From Acidimicrobiia bacterium (GTDB taxonomy: Bacteria; Actinomycetota; Acidimicrobiia; Spongiisociales; ZC4RG35), in assembly GCA_050741975.1 (NCBI GenBank), contig JBOGET010000088.1, positions 1,465 to 65,464 on the forward strand: DNA of 64,000 nt, in the 5' to 3' direction. Shown here one piece after another: positions 37,770-47,500 of this stretch. Position numbers and translations under genes: made by a program. The notes under the pieces are model-generated. The model saw nothing but the letters and a program-made list of their open reading frames with translations, was not told the origin of the DNA and made no database searches. Every line of letters starts with the position of its first letter. The stretch's first letter is position 1.

Positions 37770-37798
37770 TTTTCGCGATTCGTGATTCCGTTTTCGCG
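37770..37798. promoter_or_regulatory. Pair of TTTTCGCG direct repeats (21-nt period), ~65 nt upstream of the methyltransferase pseudogene
   Basis: TTTTCGCG at 37770-37777 and 37791-37798. The same arrangement recurs at 39129-39156. Confidence 0.35.
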
Positions 37799-37862
37799 AG
37801 CTGGTCGCGGCCGGTTCCCTGATGAGTTCTGGCACCTCACCCGTGACCGAAAAGGGGGTCGC

Positions 37863-38911
37863 ATGTCGGGCACAGCCGAGGAGTTCGCCGATCGAATGCT
37901 TGCATCCGCGTTGGGCACCGTGGAGATCTACTCGATCCACATAGGCGACAGGCTGGGGTTCTATCGAGCCCTGGCCGCCGGAGGCAAGACGAGCAGGAGC
38001 CTCGCCGCAGAGACCGGTGTGGACGAGCGATAAGTCCGGGAGTGGCTGGAGCAGCAGGCCACCTACGGGATCCTCGACGTGGACCTGACCGCCGATGACC
38101 CCGTGTTCACACTCCCCCGACGCCCACCGTGAGGTCCTGACCGACGAGCTGAACGGGTCCTATCTCGCCCCACTCGCCCGGATGTTCACCACCGCAGGCG
38201 AGAACATGGCCCCTTCTCCTCGATGCTTATCGATCGGGCGGTGGGGTGTCCTGGGATGTCTTCGGCCAGGACATGAGAGAGAACCAGGCGGACATGAACC
38301 GTCCCTTCTTCCAGAACGACCTCGCCGACGTCTTCACAGGTCTCGGGCCGGTGAACGATCACCTCTCTCGACCCGGCGCCCGGGTGGCCGACGTGGGCTG
38401 TGGCGCCGGCTGGTCGACACTGGCCTTGGCCCGGGCCTATCCCCAGGCGACGTTCCGCGGCTTCGACATCGACGTTCCGTCGATCGACATGGCTCTTCAG
38501 AACACGATCGATGCCGGGTTTGGTGATCGGGTGACCTTCAGCACCGACGACGTCGTCACCCGCTCGGGTGGCGACCAATAAGACGTGCTGTTGGCCTTGG
38601 AGTGCATCCACGACATGGCGCAGCCGGTCCAGGTGTTGGCGGCGATGCGGAGAATGGTCAAGGACGACGGGGTCGTCATGATCATGGACGAGGCCGTCGG
38701 TGACGCGTTTACCGGCACGGGCGACGACATCGAGAAGCTGATGTATGGGTTCAGCATCCTGATCTGTCTCCCCGACGGTCTCTCCTCCCAGCCCTCGGTG
38801 GGGACGGGGACCGTGATGCGCCCCTCCACCCTCCGCTCCTACGCCGAGGAGGCCGGGTTCACCGGGTTCCGCTCGGTCGGGGAGGCCGGTTTCTTCAGGT
38901 CTACGAGCTGA
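37863..38911 (+). pseudogene. Class I SAM-dependent methyltransferase, inactivated (2 nonsense codons, 2 frameshifts)
   Basis: Pieces in three frames assemble into one MTase: ...TGVDER*VREWLEQQ..., ...DAHREVLTDELNGSYLAPLARMF..., ...VADVGCGAGWSTLALA...GGDQ*DVLLALECIHDM...MIMDE... TAA at 38031 and 38579; extra C in the C-runs 38114-38118 and 38210-38213. Confidence 0.8.
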
Positions 38912-38927
38912 GGCCCTAGCGCCAAAC

Positions 38928-38983
38928 GCGAGAGACCCCGAGAAAGCTTTGGCCGAAGCCGCAGCCCTCTCGGGGCTCTCAGT
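38928..38983. repeat. 55-nt imperfect palindromic repeat, copy 2
   Basis: GCGAGAGACCCCGAGAAAGCTTTGGCCGAAGCCGCAGCCCTCTCGGGGCTCTCAG, 17 nt after the pseudogene stop. Confidence 0.7.
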
Positions 38984-39128
38984 GCCACTCGACCGGGAAA
39001 GCGGGCCCCCAGTCAGGTGGCGATCCGGAGGGACCGAAGTCACTCCTTCCCCGACCCGGGCGAACCCGTGCCGGTAAGGGAAAGGTACGAGAGAACCGCT
39101 TGGAGCGTCAAGCCAAACCGGCGCCTAG

Positions 39129-39156
39129 TTTTCGCGGATTAGCTGATCTTTTCGCG
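39129..39156. promoter_or_regulatory. Pair of TTTTCGCG direct repeats (20-nt period) upstream of the nuclease gene
   Basis: TTTTCGCG at 39129-39136 and 39149-39156. Confidence 0.35.
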
Positions 39157-39268
39157 TTTACTCCCGCACCCCATGCAAGCCGCCGCCGCCGAGTGTGGCT
39201 CCGGCGTCGACCGACCTCACCGGGCGATCTCCCCATTCCTGTCACACCCCCGTCTTACACTCGGCTCG

Positions 39269-40063
39269 GTGACCGTCGAATTGGAACTGGCCCCACTCGA
39301 GACCCTGTCTCCCAGCCGGGCAGGGGACTTCAAGACCTGCCCCCAGTTGTTCAAGTTCAGGGCGATCGACCGTCTCAGCGAGCCGCCCTCGGTGTACCAG
39401 GCCCGGGGCACCACCGCCCATTTGGCACTGCAGCGGCTCTTCGACCACCCCTCCGGCGCTCGTTCGCCGGAGCTTCTCTACGACCTGTTCCGTGAGGCGT
39501 GGACCGAGCTTCGCGGCAGTGAGGAGTTCGAGGACCTGTTCGGGGACACCGACGAGGAGCGCCAATGGGGGGTGGAGTCGCTCGAGCTGCTCTCCAACTA
39601 CTTCAGCATCGAGGATCCCACCGGTTTCGACCCGGTCGACCGGGAGCTCGACATGGTGGAGGATCTCGACGGGATCATCGTCCGTGGCATCCTCGACCGG
39701 ATCGACCGCGACGGCGACGGTCGGCTGATCATCACCGACTACAAGACCGGCAAGGCACCACCGGAGCGATTCGCCCTCCCCGCCTTCTTCGCCTTGAAGA
39801 TCTATGCGCTCCTCATCCGCCGTCGCACCGGTGAGACCCCCAAGGAGCTTCGTCTCCTCTATCTGAGCGGACCGACCCTCTACCGTCTCGACATCGACGA
39901 CCGTCAGCTCGACGCCATGGACACCCAGCTGCGCGCCCTGTGGAATGCGATAGATCGCGCCCTGGCCACCCAGACCTTCCCCACCCGACCGGGCACCCTG
40001 TGCAACTGGTGCTCCTTCCAGGAGATCTGCCCCGCTTTCGTCCAAGACGACAGGGACGATTAA
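39269..40063 (+). CDS. PD-(D/E)XK nuclease, RecB/Cas4-like with C-terminal Cys cluster
   Basis: N-terminal Cys (FKTCPQLFKF), nuclease core GILDRID...LIITDYKTGK and C-terminal CNWCSFQEICP. GTG start at 39269 is uncertain (the track ORF begins at 39173). Confidence 0.75.
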   Translation: MTVELELAPLETLSPSRAGDFKTCPQLFKFRAIDRLSEPPSVYQARGTTAHLALQRLFDHPSGARSPELLYDLFREAWTELRGSEEFEDLFGDTDEERQWGVESLELLSNYFSIEDPTGFDPVDRELDMVEDLDGIIVRGILDRIDRDGDGRLIITDYKTGKAPPERFALPAFFALKIYALLIRRRTGETPKELRLLYLSGPTLYRLDIDDRQLDAMDTQLRALWNAIDRALATQTFPTRPGTLCNWCSFQEICPAFVQDDRDD

Positions 40064-41331
40064 GGGAAGATACCTCGCACCAGCTTGGCGTCGGCCACCT
40101 TGCGGATGCCCTTGATCAGAGCGGCTGTCCTCAGGTCCACGTTCTCGTTGATGGCGATGTTGTGAACATCGCTGAAGGCACGGGTCATGATCTCCCTGAG
40201 CCGGGCCACCACCTCGTTCTCGGTCCAGAAATACTTCTGGACGTCCTGCACCCACTCGAAATAGGAGACGGTCACTCCGCCGGCGTTGGCCAGGACGTCG
40301 GGGATCACAAGCACGCCTTTCTCCCGCAGGATGTCGTCGGCCTCGAGCGTGGTCGGCCCGTTGGCCCCCTCGATGATGATCTGGGCCTGGATCTCGCCGG
40401 CGTTGTCTCCCCTGATCACGTTCTGCACCGCAGCCGGGACCACGACGTCGACGGGGAGCCCGAAGACCTTGTCCCCGTCGATGAAGTCGGCGTCGGGGTA
40501 ACCCTCGAGGAACCTGTTCTCGTCGACCCATTTGCAGACGGCGTCGACCTCGAGACCTTCCGGGTCGTAGAGAGCGCCCGATATGTCGGAGACGGCGACG
40601 ACCTTGACCCCCATCTGGTGTGCGGCGATGGCGGCGTACCTGCCCACGTTGCCGAACCCGTGGATGGCGACGGTGAGGTTGTTCGGGTCCATCTCACGGA
40701 CCCCGGCAGCCTGGGGCAGGAGGAACATCAGCCCGCGGCCGGTTGCCTCCCGCCGGGCCACACTGCCCCCCAGGGCAGGTGGCTTTCCGGTGACGACCGC
40801 CGGGACCGAGTGCCCGACGTGCTGGGAGTAGGTGTCCATCAGCCATGCCATCACCTGCTCGTTGGTACCCAGGTCCGGGGCGGGGATGTCGGTCTCCGGG
40901 CCGATCACGTTGATGATCTCCATCGTGAAGCGGCGGGTCACCCTTTGCAGCTCCGCCCTGGAGAGCTCCATCGGGTCCACCCGCACTCCACCCTTGGCCC
41001 CACCGAAGGGAACACCGACGATGGAGCACTTCCAGGTCATCAGCATGGCAAGGGCGGCCACCTCGCCCAGGTCGACGTCGGGGGCGAAGCGGATCCCGCC
41101 TTTGGTCGGTCCCATCGTGGTCAGATGCTGGACCCGGTAGCCGAAGAGGGTCTCGACCTCGGAATAGGTGTCGCGACGGAAGGGGAAGCTGACCATCGTC
41201 GACTTCTGAGGGACACGGAGCCGGTCGGCGATGTTGTCGTCGAGACCCATCAGCCTGGCCACCCGGTCGAACTGACCGGCGGCCTCCTTGTACATCGGTG
41301 AATCGAACTCGTTGCCGACCGCCGTGGTCAC
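40060..41331 (-). CDS. gdhA: Glutamate dehydrogenase
   Basis: GPTKGGIRF, PFGGAKGG and GFGNVG nucleotide-binding motifs. Confidence 0.9.
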   Translation of the reverse strand: MTTAVGNEFDSPMYKEAAGQFDRVARLMGLDDNIADRLRVPQKSTMVSFPFRRDTYSEVETLFGYRVQHLTTMGPTKGGIRFAPDVDLGEVAALAMLMTWKCSIVGVPFGGAKGGVRVDPMELSRAELQRVTRRFTMEIINVIGPETDIPAPDLGTNEQVMAWLMDTYSQHVGHSVPAVVTGKPPALGGSVARREATGRGLMFLLPQAAGVREMDPNNLTVAIHGFGNVGRYAAIAAHQMGVKVVAVSDISGALYDPEGLEVDAVCKWVDENRFLEGYPDADFIDGDKVFGLPVDVVVPAAVQNVIRGDNAGEIQAQIIIEGANGPTTLEADDILREKGVLVIPDVLANAGGVTVSYFEWVQDVQKYFWTENEVVARLREIMTRAFSDVHNIAINENVDLRTAALIKGIRKVADAKLVRGIFP

Positions 41332-41567
41332 CGAGACCTCCGTTCAACTAGACGCACGCACGCTCATCCTATGCGCCGGGGGGCATGAAGAGATATTTGT
41401 CCCACCCGCCAAATAGGTTCTCCCTCATGAGCTACTTCAACAGTTCCGAGCCCACCCTCGACCCATATGCCGATCCCGTCGCCTATCTCGCCGCCAACGG
41501 CATCGAAGCCGTTTTGGTAGAGGTCATCGCCCCTCTTCCCGATGCGGCCTGACCCTACGATCGCGCC

Positions 41568-44525
41568 GTGGCTATGAACGAGATCCGGCTCGAGCCGGAG
41601 GATTGGGGCCCCGTTCTTGCCGAAACCGACGGGGCGCAGATCGTGGTGGCCGGACCGGGCACCGGGAAGACCGAGTTCCTGGTGCGACGAGTCTGCGTGC
41701 TGATCGAGACGGCCAAGGCACGCAGAGATCAGATCGCGGTGCTCACCTTCTCCCGTCGGGCTGCAGCCGACATCAGACGCCGGGTGGATGCCTCGCTCCC
41801 AGGCTCGGGAATGCCCATCGGTGCCTCGACCTTCCATTCCCTGGCCCTCCGTCTCCTCGAGGCCGGCTCCGGATCCGAGCGGCCGATCCCCCTGACCACC
41901 CCTGAACAGATCGGTCTGGTGGCCGAGCTGCTGGCGACGGAGGATCCCGACGAATGGCCGGTGATGTACCGGGGAATCCTGGCAACGCCGGCGTTCGCCG
42001 CCGAAGTGGCCGACTTCCTGATGCGGTGCTCGGAGCGGTTGCTCTCACCCGAGGCGCTGGAGGAGCGGGCCACGGCCCGGGCCGACTGGCGGGGGATTCC
42101 CGGTCTGTTCCGGCGCTACCGCCGCACACTGGAGGAATCGGGGCGGACCGACTACGCCACCCTCCTGGTCTCGGCGGTGAGGCTCCTCGGCGAGCCGGAG
42201 GGCCAGGACCTGGCCGATCAGTACCGATACGTCGTGGTCGACGAGTACCAGGACACCTCTCCGGTCCAGGCCGAGATCGCCCGGCTCCTGTCGCGCCCCC
42301 ACGGCAATCTCACCGTGGCCGGCGACCCCTATCAGTCGATCTACTCCTTCCGCGGGGCCGAGCTGAGGAACATCGCCGCCTTCAGCGAGCAGCATCCCGG
42401 GGCGCGCCGGATCGTGCTGGGAAGGAGTCTGAGGGTCCCGGCCCAGATCCTGGACTCGGCATTGCGCATCGTGTCCACCGGCGAGCTGCCGGGCTCGGCC
42501 GGCCCGGTGAGCCCGGCGGCCCACACCGGGCGGGTCGAGACCTTCGTCTTCGATCAGGAGACGGCCCAGGCGGAGTGGATCGCTCGTGACATCGAGCACC
42601 AGATCAGGGTCGAAGGTCGCAAGCCGGACACCATCGCGGTCCTGGTCCGGTCGAAGCGGGAGATGCTCAACGAGCTGAGCCGTGCTCTCACCCGGAAGGG
42701 TGTCCCCCACGACTCACCCCAATCGCGGCTGGTCGAGCATCCAGCAGTGAGGATGATCCAGGACCTGGTCACGGTGGCCAAGCTCGGTGGGCCCCTGCCA
42801 CTCGTCACCCCGGGGGAGGCGGCCGAGGCGGACCGGGCGATGCGACGGCTGCTGCTCGGGCCTCTGCTCGGCGTCGGTCTGGGCAAGGAGCGTGAGATAG
42901 TCCGCTCCCGGCGCCGGAGCTGGGACGCCTGGCCCGCGGTCTTGAAGCGCGAGCTCCCCGGTCATCCCGGCCTGGTCGCCCTCCTCGACGGCCCGGCTTG
43001 GTCCTCGTCGCTGCCCGCCGTCGACGGTTTCTGGGAGCTGTGGTCCCGGATCGACGAGCTGGAGCGGGTGGTCCTCGACCCCGACCGCCAGGGGTGGCGT
43101 CTCGCCTTCACCTCATTCTCCCAGGTGCTGGAGCGACAGGCAGAGCGTGACCCGAGGGTGACCCTGGACCGCGTCTTCGCCCTCACCGACGAGGAGGGGA
43201 TCGAGTCGACCCCCCTACTCCCCTACCGGCCCACGGAGCAGCAAGTCACCCTCACGACGCTGCACCAGGCCAAGGGTCTCGAGTTCGACGTCGTCTACAT
43301 CGCCAACGCGGTGGAGGGGGTGTTCCCCGACCTGCGTCGGGGGCGGAGGATGTTGCGCCCCGAGTTGCTCTCCCCGGAGCGGACCACCGACCCCGAGGCC
43401 CAACATCTCTTCCAGGTCCAGGAGGAGATGAGACTCGCCTACACCGCAATGACCCGGGCCCGGTTCAAAGTGGTTTGGACCGCGACCTCGGCCGGAGTCG
43501 ACCAGGGGGAGCACCGTCCCTCCCGATTCCTCATGGCTGCAGCCGAGCCCGGTCTGGACGGACGTCTGGGGCCACCGGAGGAGGTCGTCGGGCCGCCGGT
43601 TTCCCTCAGCGAGGCCGAGGCAGGTCTGAGGAGGGCCCTGCTCGACCCCGGCGCCTCCGCCGTCGAGCGTCTCGCCGCCGCCCGCCTCCTGGCCCATCCA
43701 CCACGCCCGTGGTGGAACCCGATGACCTTCGCCGGGGTGTCCGAGCCCGGCCCCGACCGACCCATCCTGGGGCCGTCCCTTCGACTGTCGCCGAGCCAGG
43801 CCGATTCCTATGCCACCTGTCCCCGCAGGTACGCATTGGAGCGACGTCTCCGTCTGAGCGACTCCTTCTCCCCCTACGCCGAGCTCGGAACCCTGGTCCA
43901 CGCCGCGTTGGAGGCGGCGGAGAAGGAGAACATCGGGTCGGGTCGGGCTCATGCGGATCTGGAGGATGCGCTGAGACATCTGGAGAAGGTGTGGGCCGGG
44001 GCCGATTTCGGGACCCCCCAGCTCAACGAGGCCTGGCTCGGACATGCCCGGGAGGCCTTGACCAAGCTGTACGGCGCCTGGCCCGGCGACGGGGTGCCGG
44101 TCGAGTTGGAGAAGAAGGTCCAGACAGAGATCGAGGGTGTGGAGTGGACCGGCTACATCGACCGCTTGGAGCGGAACGACGCAGGGTTACGGGTGATCGA
44201 TTACAAGACGTCGAAGTCGCCGCCGCTCATCGAAGAAGCCAAGCGATCGCTTCAGCTCGGGTTCTACGTGGCGGCCGTAGCGGAGGAGACCGGAGAATCG
44301 GTGGTCGCCGCCGAGATGTGGTTCCCCCGGGCCGGCACCAAGTCGGTCACCACCAGGTCCTTCGATCTGGGCCTGCTCCCCGAGGTGCGCGAGACCATGG
44401 AGGAGGTCACCAGGTCGATCCGGGACGAGCGTTGGGAGCCACGGGTCAGCGACCGCTGCAAGAACTGTGAGTTCCGTCTGTCATGCCCCGCCTGGGCCGG
44501 GGGAGAGGGCGCCTACCTGCCATGA
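41568..44525 (+). CDS. adnA: UvrD-like helicase / PD-(D/E)XK nuclease subunit, AdnA-like
   Basis: N-terminal AGPGTGKT, VVDEYQDTS and TLHQAKGLEFD. C-terminal nuclease GYIDRLE...VIDYKTSK with CKNCEFRLSCP. Confidence 0.8.
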   Translation: MAMNEIRLEPEDWGPVLAETDGAQIVVAGPGTGKTEFLVRRVCVLIETAKARRDQIAVLTFSRRAAADIRRRVDASLPGSGMPIGASTFHSLALRLLEAGSGSERPIPLTTPEQIGLVAELLATEDPDEWPVMYRGILATPAFAAEVADFLMRCSERLLSPEALEERATARADWRGIPGLFRRYRRTLEESGRTDYATLLVSAVRLLGEPEGQDLADQYRYVVVDEYQDTSPVQAEIARLLSRPHGNLTVAGDPYQSIYSFRGAELRNIAAFSEQHPGARRIVLGRSLRVPAQILDSALRIVSTGELPGSAGPVSPAAHTGRVETFVFDQETAQAEWIARDIEHQIRVEGRKPDTIAVLVRSKREMLNELSRALTRKGVPHDSPQSRLVEHPAVRMIQDLVTVAKLGGPLPLVTPGEAAEADRAMRRLLLGPLLGVGLGKEREIVRSRRRSWDAWPAVLKRELPGHPGLVALLDGPAWSSSLPAVDGFWELWSRIDELERVVLDPDRQGWRLAFTSFSQVLERQAERDPRVTLDRVFALTDEEGIESTPLLPYRPTEQQVTLTTLHQAKGLEFDVVYIANAVEGVFPDLRRGRRMLRPELLSPERTTDPEAQHLFQVQEEMRLAYTAMTRARFKVVWTATSAGVDQGEHRPSRFLMAAAEPGLDGRLGPPEEVVGPPVSLSEAEAGLRRALLDPGASAVERLAAARLLAHPPRPWWNPMTFAGVSEPGPDRPILGPSLRLSPSQADSYATCPRRYALERRLRLSDSFSPYAELGTLVHAALEAAEKENIGSGRAHADLEDALRHLEKVWAGADFGTPQLNEAWLGHAREALTKLYGAWPGDGVPVELEKKVQTEIEGVEWTGYIDRLERNDAGLRVIDYKTSKSPPLIEEAKRSLQLGFYVAAVAEETGESVVAAEMWFPRAGTKSVTTRSFDLGLLPEVRETMEEVTRSIRDERWEPRVSDRCKNCEFRLSCPAWAGGEGAYLP

Positions 44526-47500
44526 ACGGGTTCGAGCCGTCGCCCGAGCAGCAGGTGATCCTCGACCTGGGGCTGGACACGGTCCGGATCCGGGCCGGCG
44601 CCGGCACCGGCAAGACCACCACCATCGCCCTGGTCATCGCCAACCTGGTCGAGAACCACGGTGTCGACCCGGAGCGGATCCTGGGCATCACCTTCACCAA
44701 CAAGGCCGCCTCGGAGCTCGCAGAGCGAGTCAAGTCGTTCCTGGGGCCGACGGTCGACGAGGGACGTCAGGCCGAGGTCCACACCTACCACGGCTTTGCC
44801 GCCCAGATCCTGGCCGAGTTCGGCGCATTGGTGGGAGTCGACAGCAGGGTGCGGGTCATCACCCCCACCTTCTCGCGACAGCTCCTCACCGAGACCTATC
44901 ACCACACCTCGTACAACCATCTCGACATCACGAATGTGCGCGGTCTGGACAGGATCCGCATCCTGGGAGACCGGATGGGCGATCACCTGCTCACCGCGGC
45001 CGATGTCCTCCCCCACGCCGATCCCTCCCAGGAGGTCTGGGCCACCCGGATCGAGATGCTGGAGACCCTCCGCCGCTATGAGGCGGACAAGAGACGTCTC
45101 GGCGTCGTCGACTACTCGGACCTGGTCACGCTCTCGACCCACCTCCTGACCCGTCATTCCGAGCTGGCCCGGGAGATCAGGGACCGCTACCAGGCAGTGG
45201 TCCTCGACGAGTACCAGGACACCAACCCTGCGCAGAGAGTGCTGCTCAGCACGATCTTCGGCGAAGGATTCCCGGTGATCGCCGTGGGGGACGAGGACCA
45301 GACCATCTACGAGTGGCGGGGTGCATCCGCCGAGAACTTCGAGTTGTTCCCGACGCACTTCACACGTCCGGGCGGAGGAGTGGCTCATCAACGCGCCCTC
45401 ACTCTCAATCGGCGCTCGGCTCCGCCGATCCTGGAGGTGGCCAACGAGATACGTCGCCGGGCCAACCCGGAGTCGGAGGCTCTCGTCTCCCATGACCCGG
45501 CACGTCCGGGCCAGGTCGTCACCCACTGGGCTACCGACGCCGTCGCCGAGGCCGACTGGATCTCCCGCCGGTTCGAAGCCCTGCACCAGGCGGGCACCCC
45601 GTGGTCGCAGATGGCCGTGCTCTTCAGGAAGAACAAGGACTTCGCCGTGGTGGTCGACTCCATGGCCCGTCACGACATCCCGGTCGAGGTGGCCAACCTC
45701 GGGGGTCTGCTCTCGGTGCCCGAGGTGGCCGACCTGAGGGCATGGCTCACCGTGGTCGATCGCCCCGAGCACTCGGCGGCCCTGGTCCAGATCCTCTTCG
45801 GGAGCCGATACCGACTCGGCTATGCCGATATCGCCCCTCTCACCCGGTGGCTCACCGGGGCGACGGCCGAGGATCTCGATGCCGACGACGTCCCCGGTCT
45901 CACCCTTCTCGAGGCAATCGAGAAGGTCGACGTCATCGAAGACCTGCGACCGGAGGCGAGAGCCGGACTCGAGCACTTCCTCGACATCTACCGGGAAGTC
46001 CTGACCGAGAGCCAGGGGGCGAGTCTCGTCGAGGTCTGCCGACTCATACTCGACAGGACTCGTGCCTGGCAGGACGTCGAAGCGCTGCCCGCCAACCAGC
46101 GGACCACCGCCCGGCTCAATCTGTACCGTCTGCTCGACCTCGCCGAGGAGTGGAGCCCGCTCCGGGGGCGCCCCTCGCTCGGCGCATTCATCGACTACCT
46201 CGACGCCATGGAGGGCGAGCCGGCCGAAGAGCTCGACTCCGCCCATCTGTCAGGGGAGGAGGCGGTGACCCTGGTCACGGTGCACCGCTCCAAGGGTCTG
46301 GAGTGGGACGTGGTGGCCATCCCCGCCGTGACCGAGGGCAGCTTCCCGGGCAGGGCCCAGCAGTTCCCCGACCCGACCCGGTTCGCCGAGTACCTGCCGC
46401 CGGACCATCGCATCGACGACGCCCTGGCCGACATGCCCGCGGACGACAAGCAGCGGATGGACTACTTCCGAAGCCAGAACACCCTCCAGGAATGGAGGGT
46501 GGCCTACGTCGCGGCGACCAGGGCCCGTTCGAGGCTGATCGTCACCGGCGCCTACTGGTACGGTCTGCCCGAGCCTTCTGTCAATGCGAAAAAGCCCTCG
46601 GAGCTCTTCGAGTTGGTGGAACAGCACCCCGTGACCCGGGACGAAGGGCGTGCCGAGGAACCGCCGCGACCGATCATGTTGCGCCCCGGCCCTGGCGGGG
46701 CCGCGCCGGACCCGTTGTTCGAGACCGGATGGGACGGTGTCTTGAGGGAGGCGGTGCGAGACGAGCACTCCCTCCTCGAGAGAGCACGTGCGCTGGGCGT
46801 CGCCGAGGAGTGCGAGGAGAGGGTGGAGACAATTCGCCAGACCCTGTTCGAGCTCGACAGTGTCGGCGGCATCGAAGAAGAGTCGGAAAAGGGCCGAACC
46901 GTCTCGGTGACCGGTCTGGTGACCTATGCCCAGTGTCCCAAACGTTTCTACTGGTCCGAGATCGACCCCTTGCCCCGTCGTCGCAGCGTCGCCGCCATCG
47001 CCGGCACCGAGTTGCACCGCCGTATCGAGCTCCATCAACTGGGTCAGGCCCCGTTCGAGGTGTTGGAGCCCGGTCTCTACGACGCGGTCGACGAGGCGGT
47101 TGGCGAGGGTGGCTTCAAGGCATTCCTCGAGTCCCGATACGGGACCGAGCGGGCCGCCCTGGTCGAAGCGCCGTTCGTGATCGAGATGGAGAGCGGTTAT
47201 CAGGTCCGGGGCCGCATCGACGCGGTGTATGCCCAGGGCGGGAGGTGGGAGATCGTCGACTTCAAGAGCGGAAGACGCAAGGACGATCCGTCGCGAATGG
47301 TGCAGCTCCAGGCCTATGCGCTGGCAGCCGCCCAGGTCGACTTCGGCCTCGACAAACCCGAGCAGATCGACGTCTCCTTTGCCTATCTCGGTGGCCGGCT
47401 CGACGTCCACACCGAGCGGGCGGATGAGCAATGGCGTGAGGAGGCCCGGAGAAACCTGGAGCAACTCACGGGTGCCATCGGCGACGACCGGTACGAGGCG

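Larger units (their letters stand above)
37330..37800 (-). ncRNA. Candidate structured RNA or long structured 5' leader (element A), unclassified
   Basis: No protein-like ORF in any frame. Chain of hairpins whose loops are UUCG (x3), UUUG and GAAA when read on the minus strand. See findings. Confidence 0.3.
38925..39160 (-). ncRNA. Candidate structured RNA (element B), a shorter paralog of element A
   Basis: Same end architecture as element A, with two hairpins closing on UUCG on the minus strand (38951-38960, 39027-39046). No credible ORF. Confidence 0.25.

Noticed and set aside
38031-38581. Two TAA codons at Tyr positions as evidence of stop-codon reassignment.
   Set aside because: TAA, TGA and TAG terminate the other genes of the window at sensible positions. 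The same gene also carries two frameshifts. Ordinary nonsense mutations or sequencing errors explain it.
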